A DNA stretch of 64,000 nucleotides from NCBI GenBank assembly GCA_050181585.1, contig JBFXDA010000001.1, positions 98,126 through 162,125 of the forward strand, given 5' to 3'. Positions 41,298 through 50,435 of this stretch are shown one piece after another. The first letter of the stretch is position 1. Each line of letters starts with the position of its first letter. A program made the translations under genes and the position numbers. The DNA comes from Reyranellaceae bacterium. Its GTDB lineage: Bacteria; Pseudomonadota; Alphaproteobacteria; Reyranellales; JAQSWP01. The notes under the pieces are model-generated. The model was not told the DNA's origin. It saw only the letters and a list, made by a program, of their open reading frames with translations, and did not search any database.

Positions 41298-43130
41298 ATC
41301 CAGCTCGAAGGCGTTCTTGTAGTCGAGCTTCAGGGCCGGGTCCTGGTCTTCCTTGCGCAGGAAGCAGTTGCCCACCACCAGCACCTCGATCTCCGAACCC
41401 ATGAAGCAGCGGAACGCGTCTTCCGGCGTGCAGACGATCGGCTCGCCGCGCACGTTGAAGCTGGTGTTGACCACCACCGGGCAGCCGGTCAGCGCCTTGA
41501 ACGCCGAGATCAGCGCGTGGTAGCGCGGATTGGTCTGGGCGTGGACGGTCTGGATGCGGGCCGAGTAGTCGACATGGGTGACGGCGGGAATGTCCGAGCG
41601 CGGCACGTTCAGTTTGTCGATGCCGAACAGCGCCTGCTCCTCGGCCGTCATCGGACGCCGCCGCGGCGCCTGCACGTCGGCCACCAGCAGCATGTAGGGG
41701 CTGTCGCCGTCGAGCTCGAACCAGTTCGCCACGTCCTCGCGCAGCACCGAGGGCGCGAAGGGGCGGAAGGATTCGCGGTACTTGACCTTGAGGTTGAGGG
41801 TCTTCTGCATGGCGGGCGAGCGCGGATCGCCCAGGATCGAGCGGCCGCCCAGCGCCCGCGGCCCGAACTCCATGCGGCCCTGGAACCAGCCCACCGCCTT
41901 CTCCTCGGCCAGCGCCTGCGCCGTCGCCGCAACGGTCTCCTCCTCGCCCAGCACGGCGAATTTGGCGCCGGCGGCGGTGAGCCGCCGTTCGATCTCGGCC
42001 TGCTCGAACTGCGGGCCGAGATAGGAGCCGTGCATGGCGTCGAGCGCGCCGTTGACGTGGCGCGGGCCGTTGCCGAAGCTGTGATAGGCGGCCAGTGCGG
42101 CGCCCAGCGCGCCGCCGGCGTCGCCGGCCGCCGGCTGGATCCAGACATTGTCGAAAGCCTGGTCGCGCAGCACCTTGCCGTTGGCGACGCAGTTCAGCGC
42201 CACGCCGCCGGCCAGGCACAGATTGCGCGCCCCGGTGTCGCGCGCCGTCGAGCGCGCCAGCTTCAGCACCACGTGCTCGGTCACCGCCTGGATCGAGGCG
42301 GCGAGGTCCATGTGCCGCTGCGTCAGCAGCTCCTCCGGCTGGCGCGCCGGCCCGCCCATCAGCTCGTCGAACTTGCGGTTGGTCATGCGCAAGCCGGTGC
42401 AGTAGTCGAAATAGGACAGGTCGAGGCGGAACGAGCCGTCCTGCTTGACGTCGATCAGATGCTCGAGGATGCGGTCCTTGAATTTCGGCTCGCCATAGGG
42501 CGCCAGCCCCATGACCTTGTACTCGCCGGAATTGACCTTGAAGCCGGTGTAGTAGGTGAAGGCCGAATAGAGCAGGCCCAGCGAGTGCGGGAAATGGATC
42601 TCCTTGCGCATCTCGATGCGGTTGCCGCTGCCGAAGCCCATCGACGTGGTGGCCCATTCGCCGACCCCGTCCATGGTCAGGATCGCCGCCTCCTCGAAGG
42701 GCGAGGGATAGAAGGCGCTGGCGGCGTGGCTCTGGTGGTGCTCGCTGAACAGCAGCTTGTTCTGCCAGTCGAAGTCGGGCAGCCAGTTCTTCAATTCGTC
42801 GCGCAGCAGGATCTTCTGGTAGAGCTTCTCCTTCAGCCACACCGGCATGGCCATGCGGAAGGAGCGGAAGCCGCTGGGCGCGAAGGCCAGGTAGGTCTCG
42901 AGCAGGCGCTCGAACTTCAGGAACGGCTTGTCGTAGAAGGCGATGAAGTCGATCGCGTCCAGCCCGACGCCCTCGGCGGCCAGGCAGAAATCGATCGCCT
43001 TGGTGGGGAAGCCCGAATCGTGCTTCTTGCGCGTGAAGCGCTCCTCCTGCGCCGCCGCCACGATCTCGCCGTCCCGCACCAGTGCGGCGGCACTGTCATG
43101 GTAGAACGCCGAGATCCCCAGGATGCGCAT
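41295..43130 (-). CDS. carbamoyltransferase (NodU/CmcH/SxtI family)
   Basis: MRILGISAFYHDSAAALVRDGEIVAAAQEERFTRKKHD... 611 aa. This is the typical N-terminal ASKHA-like domain plus the C-terminal carbamoyltransferase domain. Confidence 0.88.
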   Translation of the reverse strand: MRILGISAFYHDSAAALVRDGEIVAAAQEERFTRKKHDSGFPTKAIDFCLAAEGVGLDAIDFIAFYDKPFLKFERLLETYLAFAPSGFRSFRMAMPVWLKEKLYQKILLRDELKNWLPDFDWQNKLLFSEHHQSHAASAFYPSPFEEAAILTMDGVGEWATTSMGFGSGNRIEMRKEIHFPHSLGLLYSAFTYYTGFKVNSGEYKVMGLAPYGEPKFKDRILEHLIDVKQDGSFRLDLSYFDYCTGLRMTNRKFDELMGGPARQPEELLTQRHMDLAASIQAVTEHVVLKLARSTARDTGARNLCLAGGVALNCVANGKVLRDQAFDNVWIQPAAGDAGGALGAALAAYHSFGNGPRHVNGALDAMHGSYLGPQFEQAEIERRLTAAGAKFAVLGEEETVAATAQALAEEKAVGWFQGRMEFGPRALGGRSILGDPRSPAMQKTLNLKVKYRESFRPFAPSVLREDVANWFELDGDSPYMLLVADVQAPRRRPMTAEEQALFGIDKLNVPRSDIPAVTHVDYSARIQTVHAQTNPRYHALISAFKALTGCPVVVNTSFNVRGEPIVCTPEDAFRCFMGSEIEVLVVGNCFLRKEDQDPALKLDYKNAFELD

Positions 43131-43151
43131 GCCGGCCGGCCGTCCGCGGGA

Positions 43152-43301
43152 TCAGAAGATCGTGTAGATGAAAGGCGCCACCGCCGAGCCCTTGGCCAGG
43201 ACCAGAAGGCCGCCGAACACGACCAGCAGGATCAGCACCGGCGCCAGCCAGTACTTCTTCCGGGCGCGCATGAAAGCCCACAATTCTTGAATCAGCCACA
43301 T
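43152..43301 (-). CDS. DUF5989 / SxtK-like 49-aa membrane peptide (not in the supplied ORF track)
   Basis: Hand translation gives MWLIQELWAFMRARKKYWLAPVLILLVVFGGLLVLAKGSAVAPFIYTIF*. This matches the remembered DUF5989 pattern (...FLR.RKK.WL.P.........L.....GSA.APFIYTLF). It sits between the SxtJ-like and carbamoyltransferase genes. Confidence 0.75.
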   Translation of the reverse strand: MWLIQELWAFMRARKKYWLAPVLILLVVFGGLLVLAKGSAVAPFIYTIF

Positions 43302-43320
43302 CTCGGTCAGACCCCCAGTG

Positions 43321-43755
43321 TCAGAACTGCCGCCGCATGCTGTCGGCAGGCGGTCCCGGCGGGTTGCGTTCGATCCAGTAGCTGGCGGCGGCCGGATCGC
43401 GCTTCAGCCGCAGCAGGTCCTTGCCCAGCAGCCGCACCGCCAGGCCCATGGGCGTGATGGCGACGAAGAACAGCAGGCCCATGACCAGCGGATTGACCAC
43501 CCGGTGCAGCAGCAGGCCGAAGCCGGTCCACAACCGGTTGAGCGGCGCCAGCACGCGCGGCGCCAAGAGCGCCAGCGCCAGGAAAATGCCGGCGAAGGGC
43601 GCGGTCCACCAGCGCACCGGATTGCCGAACAGCACCGGCCAGAGCGTGATCACGGCGAAGAATACGAAGAAGACCAGACCGAAAACGCGATCGGAACTGC
43701 TCTTTACTCGTTCGCTCCGGTCGAAATTCTCGTGGAACTGCGCGTCTTTTGTCAT
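43321..43755 (-). CDS. SxtJ family membrane protein
   Basis: MTKDAQFHENFDRSERVKSSSDRVFGLVFFVFF... Size, topology and position next to a carbamoyltransferase and DUF5989 fit the SxtJ family. Confidence 0.65.
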   Translation of the reverse strand: MTKDAQFHENFDRSERVKSSSDRVFGLVFFVFFAVITLWPVLFGNPVRWWTAPFAGIFLALALLAPRVLAPLNRLWTGFGLLLHRVVNPLVMGLLFFVAITPMGLAVRLLGKDLLRLKRDPAAASYWIERNPPGPPADSMRRQF

Positions 43756-43893
43756 TCGCTGGGCCTTGGTGCGGGTTACGGATGGGGCATGTCGCCGCAA
43801 TTGTCAACTCGCCTGAAGGCGGCCTGCGGGGCGGGGCGGCAAGCGTCGTCTGGCCGGCGGGAGGGGCCCCGCTTTGCCGGGCGGGCGCGACGC

Positions 43894-43950
43894 TTCGCCG
43901 CTGCCGGATGGGCCGCTGCCGGGGTGGGCCGCTGCCGGGGCGGGCCGCCG
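43894..43950. repeat. about 16-bp tandem repeat (gggccgctgccggggy x about 3) in a divergent intergenic region
   Basis: Read directly as ...cgccgctgccggat gggccgctgccggggt gggccgctgccggggc gggccgcc... Confidence 0.7.
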
Positions 43951-44043
43951 CGCCGCGCGCCGCCTGCCGCAGGTGTGCAGCCGCGGTCCCGGTACTATAA
44001 TTCGGCCAGCCAGCGGAAACGGTGCAGCGGAAACGGTAGAGCC

Positions 44044-44979
44044 ATGAAACCAACGGTATTCATCCACACCAACGCCAAGCAGATCATCGGGGCGCTGGTG
44101 GCGGAATACGCGCTGAAGCGCAATGCCGCGCGGCCCGAGGCGTTCGACGTGCGCATCATCCGGGCCGAGGATTTCCCGTTCCTGGCGCGGCACGAAGGCC
44201 AGCATTACCGGCGCGAAGGCGGCCGGGCGCTGTGGACCATGAACGATCTGCAGTCCTTCACGCCGCTGCGCTTCACGGTGCCCGAACTGATGGGCTATGC
44301 CGGCCGCGCCGTGGTCATGGACCCCGATATCTTCGCCGTCGGCGACATCGCCGAACTGCTGGGCCGCGACATGGCGGGCAAGGCGATCCATGCCCGCCGC
44401 ATGCCGGCCTCGCATCGCCGCCCGGCGCACTACGCTTCCAGCGTCATGCTGCTCGATTGCGCCCGCCTGCGGCACTGGCAGGCGGAGCGGCAGTTCGCCG
44501 AGCTGTTCGAGTTCCGCCGCGACTATCGCGACTGGATGTGGCTGCTGCAGGAGCCGGAGGGGACGCTCGGCGAGCTGGGCGAGGAATGGAACCATTTCGA
44601 CACGCTGGAGCCGCGCACAAGGCTGCTGCACAACACCCATCGCCGCACCCAGCCGTGGAAGACCGGCCTGCCGGCCGATTTCACCCCGCGCGGCACCACG
44701 CGAAGCTCGCGCACGGGAATCTGGTACCGCCGCCTGCTGCACCGGCTGGGCGCGAAATCGGCCAGCGGCTACTATCTGCCCCATCCCGATCCGAAGCAGG
44801 AGGCGTTCTTCTTCGGCCTGCTGCGCGAATGCCTCGAGGCCGGCATCGTCAGCGAGGCGATGCTGCGCGAGGAGATCGGCCGGCGGCACGTGCGGCGGGA
44901 CGCGTTCGAGCTGCTCGACAGGGCGCGCCGGGCGAGCGGGCGGGAGCTGGGGATGACGGGCGCGGGCTCGGCCGGCTGA
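44044..44979 (+). CDS. uncharacterised protein, possibly a GT8-like nucleotide-diphospho-sugar transferase (paralog A)
   Basis: MKPTVFIHTNAKQIIGA...GRAVVMDPDIFAVGDIAELL (DxD-like DPD)...SSVMLLDCARL...EEWNHFDTL...HNTHRRTQPWK. The family is not firmly recognised. Confidence 0.45.
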   Translation: MKPTVFIHTNAKQIIGALVAEYALKRNAARPEAFDVRIIRAEDFPFLARHEGQHYRREGGRALWTMNDLQSFTPLRFTVPELMGYAGRAVVMDPDIFAVGDIAELLGRDMAGKAIHARRMPASHRRPAHYASSVMLLDCARLRHWQAERQFAELFEFRRDYRDWMWLLQEPEGTLGELGEEWNHFDTLEPRTRLLHNTHRRTQPWKTGLPADFTPRGTTRSSRTGIWYRRLLHRLGAKSASGYYLPHPDPKQEAFFFGLLRECLEAGIVSEAMLREEIGRRHVRRDAFELLDRARRASGRELGMTGAGSAG

Positions 44980-45019
44980 GCCGCCGCGCCGCAGCGAATG
45001 GAATTCGAGGAGGGGACGC

Positions 45020-46117
45020 ATGAGGGGGGTCGTCGTTGCAACCGCGGTCTGGAGCGTCATCGCCGCCGCCCTGTGGCTTGCCTTCGAAGGCGGCTATGCG
45101 CTGGTGCGGTGGAGCAAGCCGGACCGCAGCATCGCCTACAGCCTGGTGTCGGGCCGCTCGGAAGCGAAGGCGGCGGAGCAGGGGGTGTTCCCGGTGGCCG
45201 CCAAGTCCGAGCTGGAAGCCATCATTCCCGAGCTGGTCGCGGCCGGCGGCGGCATGGGCAACGTTCCCTACCGCAAACAGATGGACGAGCGCAATTCGAT
45301 CAACGACGTCGACGACAAGGAATGCCTGACGTCGCGGCCCAATCTGCGCAAGCTGACCAGTTATGTCAGGAACGCCGACTTCAACCGCTTCGACCCGCCC
45401 AGCATGTTCTACAACGCCGACGCCAAACTGCCGCCGGCGCTGGCGGCCTTCGTCGGCAAGTACGCGGTCAACCTGGCGGCCTACTCGACCAACGGCAACG
45501 GCGAGCGCCTCACCCTGCCCGAGGTGGCGCGCCCGGCCAAGGCGCTGGTGGCCGGCGATTCCGTCGCCGTCGGCGTGATGCTCGACGACAAGGACACGAT
45601 CTCCTCGCAGCTCCAGCGCGCCGACGAGGCGGTGCAGTATGTCAGCATCGGCGCCAGCGGCTCGACCGCCAGCCAGAATCTGTGCCGGCTGGAAAAGGCC
45701 CTGAAGCGCTATCCGGGCCAGGTGGCGCGCATCATCTACGTCTATTGCGAGAACGATTTCAGGAAGGACGAGGCTTTCGGCACGCCCCAGGCGGTGGTCG
45801 AGGCGCTGGGCCGGCTGGCGGCCGAGCATCGCGTCGCCAAGGTCGCGGTCGTCTATGCGCCCTATATCTACAACGTCCTGCCCCACCTCACGCGCATCGA
45901 AGGCACGCGCGGCGGCGCGCATCCGGTATACGCGCGGGAGGCCAAGGCGCTGCGCGAACTGGCGACCGCGAAGGGCTGGCTCTACATCGACATCGCCGAT
46001 CTGGCGCGGCAGGAGATCGAGGACAGGAAGACCGATTTCGCCGCCCTGGCGCTGTTCCTCGACCACACCCACCTGTCGGAATACGGCACCGCCAAGCTGG
46101 TGAGCAAGCTGCGCTGA
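45020..46117 (+). CDS. membrane-anchored SGNH/GDSL-like hydrolase
   Basis: A gaggagggga Shine-Dalgarno precedes the ATG. An N-terminal TM helix is followed by LVAGDSVAVG (block I), SIGASGST (block II), YCENDF (block III) and LDHTHLSEYG (DxxH). Confidence 0.6.
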   Translation: MRGVVVATAVWSVIAAALWLAFEGGYALVRWSKPDRSIAYSLVSGRSEAKAAEQGVFPVAAKSELEAIIPELVAAGGGMGNVPYRKQMDERNSINDVDDKECLTSRPNLRKLTSYVRNADFNRFDPPSMFYNADAKLPPALAAFVGKYAVNLAAYSTNGNGERLTLPEVARPAKALVAGDSVAVGVMLDDKDTISSQLQRADEAVQYVSIGASGSTASQNLCRLEKALKRYPGQVARIIYVYCENDFRKDEAFGTPQAVVEALGRLAAEHRVAKVAVVYAPYIYNVLPHLTRIEGTRGGAHPVYAREAKALRELATAKGWLYIDIADLARQEIEDRKTDFAALALFLDHTHLSEYGTAKLVSKLR

Positions 46118-46191
46118 GGCCGCAAGGCGAGTTCGGTCCTATCCTTTGATGTTCAGGAAGCGCTCGCGCTTTCCTCGAAATCCGATTCGCG

Positions 46192-47088
46192 TCAGGCGAC
46201 CTTCTGGCGGTCGAGGGAATCGATCAGCCGCAGCGCGTCGTGGCGCACGTGGTTGAGGCGCATCTGCTCGCGCAGCATGGCCTCGCTGATCAGCCCGTTT
46301 TCCATGCACTCGCGCACCAGGCCGAAGAAGAACGCCACCTGGTTGGGATCGGGATGGTCGATATAGGTGCGCTCGACCGCCGGCTTCTCGCCGATCAGGC
46401 TGCGCTTCAGCCGGCGCAGGAATCCGGCCTCGTTGACCTTGTTCTCGTTGCGCTGGAAGTCGATCGGCAAGCCGCTCTTCCACGGCTGGGTGCGCCGGCG
46501 CGTGTTGTGCAGCATCTTGGTGTGCTCGTTCAGCGTGTCGAAGTGGTTCCACTCCTCCTCGAACAGGCCGATGGTGCCTTCCGGCTCGCATTTCAGCGAG
46601 ATCCAGTCCATGTAGTCGCGCTTGAATTCGAACAGCTCGCCGAACTCGCGCTCGCAGTCCCAGTGCGCCAGCCTGGCGCAGTCCAGCAGCATGACGCTGG
46701 AGGCGTATTGCTTCTTCTCGCCGCGCCCCTTGCACATCAGGGCCTTGCCCTGCATGTCGCGGCTGAGCAGCTCGTGGACGTCGCCGACGGCGAAGACGTC
46801 GGGGTCGACCACCACGGCGCGGCCCTGATAGCCCATCAGCTTGGGCGGCATGAAGCGCAGCGGCGTGAAGGACTGCAAATCGTCGTTGCGCCAGACGCGC
46901 GTGACGCCGTCGCGCAGGAAGCCCTGGCCGTCGCGGGCGGCCAGGAACGGATAGTCCTTGAAATGGATGATCTGCACGTCGAAGGCGTCGGCGTGGCGCG
47001 AATTGCGCTTCATCGAATAGGCCGAGACGATGGCGCCGACGATCTGCTTCTCGTTGGTGTGGACGAAGACGGTGCCGGTCGTGGTCAT
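46192..47088 (-). CDS. uncharacterised GT8-like protein (paralog B of 44044-44979)
   Basis: MTTTGTVFVHTNEKQIVGA...GRAVVVDPDVFAVGDVHELL...SSVMLLDCARL...EEWNHFDTL...HNTRRRTQPWK. By eye, more than half of aligned residues are identical to paralog A. Confidence 0.45.
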   Translation of the reverse strand: MTTTGTVFVHTNEKQIVGAIVSAYSMKRNSRHADAFDVQIIHFKDYPFLAARDGQGFLRDGVTRVWRNDDLQSFTPLRFMPPKLMGYQGRAVVVDPDVFAVGDVHELLSRDMQGKALMCKGRGEKKQYASSVMLLDCARLAHWDCEREFGELFEFKRDYMDWISLKCEPEGTIGLFEEEWNHFDTLNEHTKMLHNTRRRTQPWKSGLPIDFQRNENKVNEAGFLRRLKRSLIGEKPAVERTYIDHPDPNQVAFFFGLVRECMENGLISEAMLREQMRLNHVRHDALRLIDSLDRQKVA

Positions 47089-47091
47089 GGA

Positions 47092-48009
47092 TCACCTGCC
47101 TGCAGCGCGCGCCGCCGTTTCGGCCGCCGACGCATAGCCATAGTGCGGATCGAGGGTTTCGCGCACAACCGCGTCGATCTGCGACACTTGGTCCGCGTCG
47201 AACTGGCGGCGATAGCCGCCGGCCTCGCCGGAGCGCGTCTTGAACGACTGCAGGTTGCCGGCGTCGCCCGGCTTCAGCTTGCGCGGCGCGTCCGGCCGGT
47301 CGGCGCTCTCGCGCTCGCGCCGCTGCATGTTCTCGAACGAGCCGTACTCCACCGCCTGGTCGATCGCTTGCTGATCGACCTTGCCGTCGACGAAGGCGAC
47401 GAGCCGCGCCAGCTCCTTGCGGGCGTCGGCGCGCAGGTCCTCGTAGCGCACGGTCAGCGCGTCCTGCCGGCCGCGCGTCTCGGCCGCCCAGCGGTTGAGC
47501 AGGCCGACGGCGTGCGCCATGCCCTTGGGCTCGCGCAGCACGAAGTCGAACGGCGACATGTCGGGCTTCGGCTCGGGATAGTAGTTCAGCCAGCGCTTGC
47601 GCGGGGTCATGCGGTGGCGCAGGTGATGGAACATCGAGAGCGAAATATCGGCCGGATGGCGCGCCAGCACGATCACTTTCACGCCCTGGTGCCAGGGGCG
47701 GCCCTCGGCGCCGGCGACGTCGCGGATGTAGTTGTCGTGGGTGAAGTAGATGCGCAGGTCGCGGCCGGTGGCTTGCTCGTAGGCGCCGAGCATGACGTGC
47801 AGCCAGGTGCGGCCGCTCTTGGCGCAGGACACGACGACGGCGCGCGAGCGGCCGATGCGGATCGCCTCCTCGCTGCCGCGCAGCCAGCGCTGCAGGCGGC
47901 GCTGCCGTTCGGGCAGCAGCGAGCGGGGCACCCGCACCAGCAGCTTGCGGGCCAGGATCACCGCCTTGAGGCTGCCCCATTCGAGGGGGGAAAATCGCGC
48001 TGATCGCAT
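47092..48009 (-). CDS. sulfotransferase family protein
   Basis: The 5'-PSB-like loop is VVSCAKSGRTWLH and the 3'-PB-like motif is LARHPADISLSMF. The ATG at 48009 was chosen. The stop lies 3 nt before the start of the downstream paralog B. Confidence 0.7.
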   Translation of the reverse strand: MRSARFSPLEWGSLKAVILARKLLVRVPRSLLPERQRRLQRWLRGSEEAIRIGRSRAVVVSCAKSGRTWLHVMLGAYEQATGRDLRIYFTHDNYIRDVAGAEGRPWHQGVKVIVLARHPADISLSMFHHLRHRMTPRKRWLNYYPEPKPDMSPFDFVLREPKGMAHAVGLLNRWAAETRGRQDALTVRYEDLRADARKELARLVAFVDGKVDQQAIDQAVEYGSFENMQRRERESADRPDAPRKLKPGDAGNLQSFKTRSGEAGGYRRQFDADQVSQIDAVVRETLDPHYGYASAAETAARAAGR

Positions 48010-48157
48010 CTTGGTCGCCGCACTCGCTCCGTCGGGCGCATGCCCGACGCGAGGCCGGGAACGCCAGCACTTTTGGCATGTTCCCGGGCAGGGCAAAAGC
48101 CTTTTGTGGCGCCCGGCAAGGGCCTCGATGCAGGGCCCAAGCGTAGTGGGATTGTTT

Positions 48158-49090
48158 ATGAGTATCAAGAGGTTGGAGGAGACGCCGCTGGCCATCACGG
48201 CGGCGGAACTGGAAAACTGCTTCAAGCCCTTCATTGTCCGCCATTGCGGCGACGGCGACGAGTCGTGGCGCCGGGCCGTCGCCAAGCGCGACCGCCGGGT
48301 GCGCCAGACTTCCTGGCATCGCGGACTGCTGCGCTTCCTGCCGCCCGCGCGCCGCGAGGCGCGGCAGATCGAGCGCGAATACAGCCAAGTCTGGCGCGGT
48401 ATCGACTTCGGATTCTACCGCCTCTCGCCGCCGCCGAGCGACCGGGCGCCGTGGGAATGGCGCGAGCGGCGCTGGATCGCCAGCCGCTTCGGCGGGGCGC
48501 GCGTGCGGCTGATGCTGGCGATGCGCGCCATCGAGTTGACGCGGCCGCGCAGCGTGCTGGAAGTCGGCTCGGGCAACGGCGTCAACCTGCTGTTCCTGGC
48601 CGGCCGCTTCCCCGCCACACGCTTCGCCGGGTTGGAACTGACGTCGCAGGGCGTCGCCGCCGCCCACGCCTTCCAGGCCGCGCATGCGCGCTTTCCGGCG
48701 GCCAATGCCGCGTATTCCCCCTATCGCATGCGCGACGAGACCGCCTTCCGGCGCGTGACGTTCACGCAAGGCTCGGCGCAGCATCTGCCTTTCCCCGACG
48801 GCAGCTTCGACCTGGTGATGACGGTGCTGGCGCTGGAGCAGATGGAATCCATCCGCGGCCCGGCGCTGCGCGAGATCGCCCGGGTGGCGCGCCGGCACGT
48901 GCTGATGATCGAGCCTTTTTTCGACCTCAACGCCCGCGGCCGGCGCCGCCGCTACGTCGACGCGCACGGCTATCTGCGCGCCCGCGTGCGCGACCTGGCC
49001 GATTACGGCCTGCGCGTGCAGTGGGCGACCGCGGATTTTCCGCAGAAAGCGGCCATGGCCGCCACTTGCGTGCTGGCGGCCAGGCACTGA
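48158..49090 (+). CDS. class I SAM-dependent methyltransferase
   Basis: Motif I is VLEVGSGNGVNLLFLA. Post-I and motif II are FDLVMTVLALEQM. Confidence 0.7.
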   Translation: MSIKRLEETPLAITAAELENCFKPFIVRHCGDGDESWRRAVAKRDRRVRQTSWHRGLLRFLPPARREARQIEREYSQVWRGIDFGFYRLSPPPSDRAPWEWRERRWIASRFGGARVRLMLAMRAIELTRPRSVLEVGSGNGVNLLFLAGRFPATRFAGLELTSQGVAAAHAFQAAHARFPAANAAYSPYRMRDETAFRRVTFTQGSAQHLPFPDGSFDLVMTVLALEQMESIRGPALREIARVARRHVLMIEPFFDLNARGRRRRYVDAHGYLRARVRDLADYGLRVQWATADFPQKAAMAATCVLAARH

Positions 49091-49094
49091 GGGT

Positions 49095-50237
49095 TCAGCG
49101 CGGCGGCAGCAATTGCCGGATGCGGCTGGCGACCCGCGCCAATTCGTCGTCGAGGCCGGCGGGCGCCGGCGCGGGATAGGGCTGGCCGAGCTTCACGGCG
49201 CGGCCCATGGCGTAGAGCTTGCGATGCAGCGCCGTCAGGTCGCGCGAGCCGCCCAGCCGCAGGCGCTGCAGGATCGCGCGCGCGCCTTCCTCGCCGGCCA
49301 GCCGGTGCAGCGCGGCGCCGAGCGCGCGGGCCAGATGCTGCGGCCACAGCGAGGGGCGCGGATCGGGCGGCAGTTCGCAGATCGCCAGCGGCCGGCCCAG
49401 CCGCGCCACTTCCGTCAGCATCGAGGCGCTGTCGCCGGTGACGACGAACCGGTCGGCCAGCCCGAGCAGCGCCAGGTAGGGATTGCGCGCGGCATCCGCC
49501 TGCCAGCGGAACAGCCGGTCCGCCGGCGACAGGCTGGCCGCGATGGCCTCGGCCACCGCCGGCGGCGTGCGCCGGCTGGTGGTGACGAAGAGCGAGCCCG
49601 CGCCGGCGTTGGTCGTGGCGATCAGGCGCATCATGCGGCGCGCATCGTCGGGCGCGAAGCGGAAGGGCTGGGTCTGCGCCCCCACCAGCACCGCGGTCAG
49701 CGGCCGCGCCATGCCGGCAAGCTCGGCGCGCCATTTTTCCGCCTCGGCGGCGATGCGGTCGGCAGCGGGGAACAGCAGCGGCAGCGACAAGTTGACGACA
49801 TTGTCGCGCGGCGGCAGGCGGAACTGGGGCGCGGCGACGATCAGGTCGCAGGCCTCGAAGCGCCCGTGCGGGCGTCCCACCAGCACCAGCCTGGTCGCCG
49901 GCGAGCGCGCCTTGATCCATAGCGCGACATTGAACAGCCGTCGCCCGGCCGTGATCACCATGTCCGGCCAGGGCGGTTCGAGCGGATCGCCGGCGGCGGC
50001 GTCGATATGGGAGATGTCGACGGCGATCGGCGGCTTGGCCAGGCGCCACTGCTCCTGCACCACGACGGTGCGCCGCTGCCAGGGCAGGCCCGCCGCATTG
50101 GCCACCGCCTCGATCTGGGCGTTGTCGCCGGGCTTCTCCGCCATCAGGGCCCAGATCGGCGGGCCGGCGCGGCTCGGCGCGTCTGTCGGGTGATCGGTTT
50201 CGGGCACGGCGGCATTCCTGTGGCGGGCGGAAACCAT
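49095..50237 (-). CDS. ELM1/GtrOC1 (DUF1022) family protein, putative glycosyltransferase-like
   Basis: IWALMAEKPGDNAQIEAVANAAGLPW...VITAGRR...LVG...TTSRRTP is the pattern remembered for ELM1-family proteins. Start at ATG 50237, or TTG 50252. Confidence 0.6.
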   Translation of the reverse strand: MVSARHRNAAVPETDHPTDAPSRAGPPIWALMAEKPGDNAQIEAVANAAGLPWQRRTVVVQEQWRLAKPPIAVDISHIDAAAGDPLEPPWPDMVITAGRRLFNVALWIKARSPATRLVLVGRPHGRFEACDLIVAAPQFRLPPRDNVVNLSLPLLFPAADRIAAEAEKWRAELAGMARPLTAVLVGAQTQPFRFAPDDARRMMRLIATTNAGAGSLFVTTSRRTPPAVAEAIAASLSPADRLFRWQADAARNPYLALLGLADRFVVTGDSASMLTEVARLGRPLAICELPPDPRPSLWPQHLARALGAALHRLAGEEGARAILQRLRLGGSRDLTALHRKLYAMGRAVKLGQPYPAPAPAGLDDELARVASRIRQLLPPR

Positions 50238-50435
50238 ACGTTGAAAGTTCAATTGATTGGTGATTTAAGAGCGCGGCCGGGATTTGCACCGGGGTTTCCA
50301 GCCTGGGATTAACCCCTTGAATCGGCACTGATTCTGGAAATTCCGGACCCGTTCCGCCGTGCGCTGTGGCATAGTTGCCGGCGTCGGCGGGCCAAACGGC
50401 GGCAGCCCGGCCGGAAGCCGGGCCAGGAGTAGAGC

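Noticed and set aside
43096-43299. 67-aa track ORF between the carbamoyltransferase and SxtJ genes
   Set aside because: A different frame on the same strand encodes a 49-aa peptide with the DUF5989/SxtK pattern (43152-43301). The 67-aa product has no membrane helix and a shadow-like composition.
46139-46191. Possible third, partial copy of the R1/R2 repeat (ggaagcgc-tc-gcgctttcc hairpin)
   Set aside because: Only the 8-9 bp GC-rich stem core resembles module B of R1/R2, and the flanks do not align. It is more simply a small terminator hairpin between convergent genes.
46139-49087. 982-aa minus-strand ORF, together with the 587-aa plus-strand ORF at 46240-48003
   Set aside because: These are shadow frames over GT8-like paralog B, the sulfotransferase and the methyltransferase. 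The family motifs occur only in the frames I annotated.
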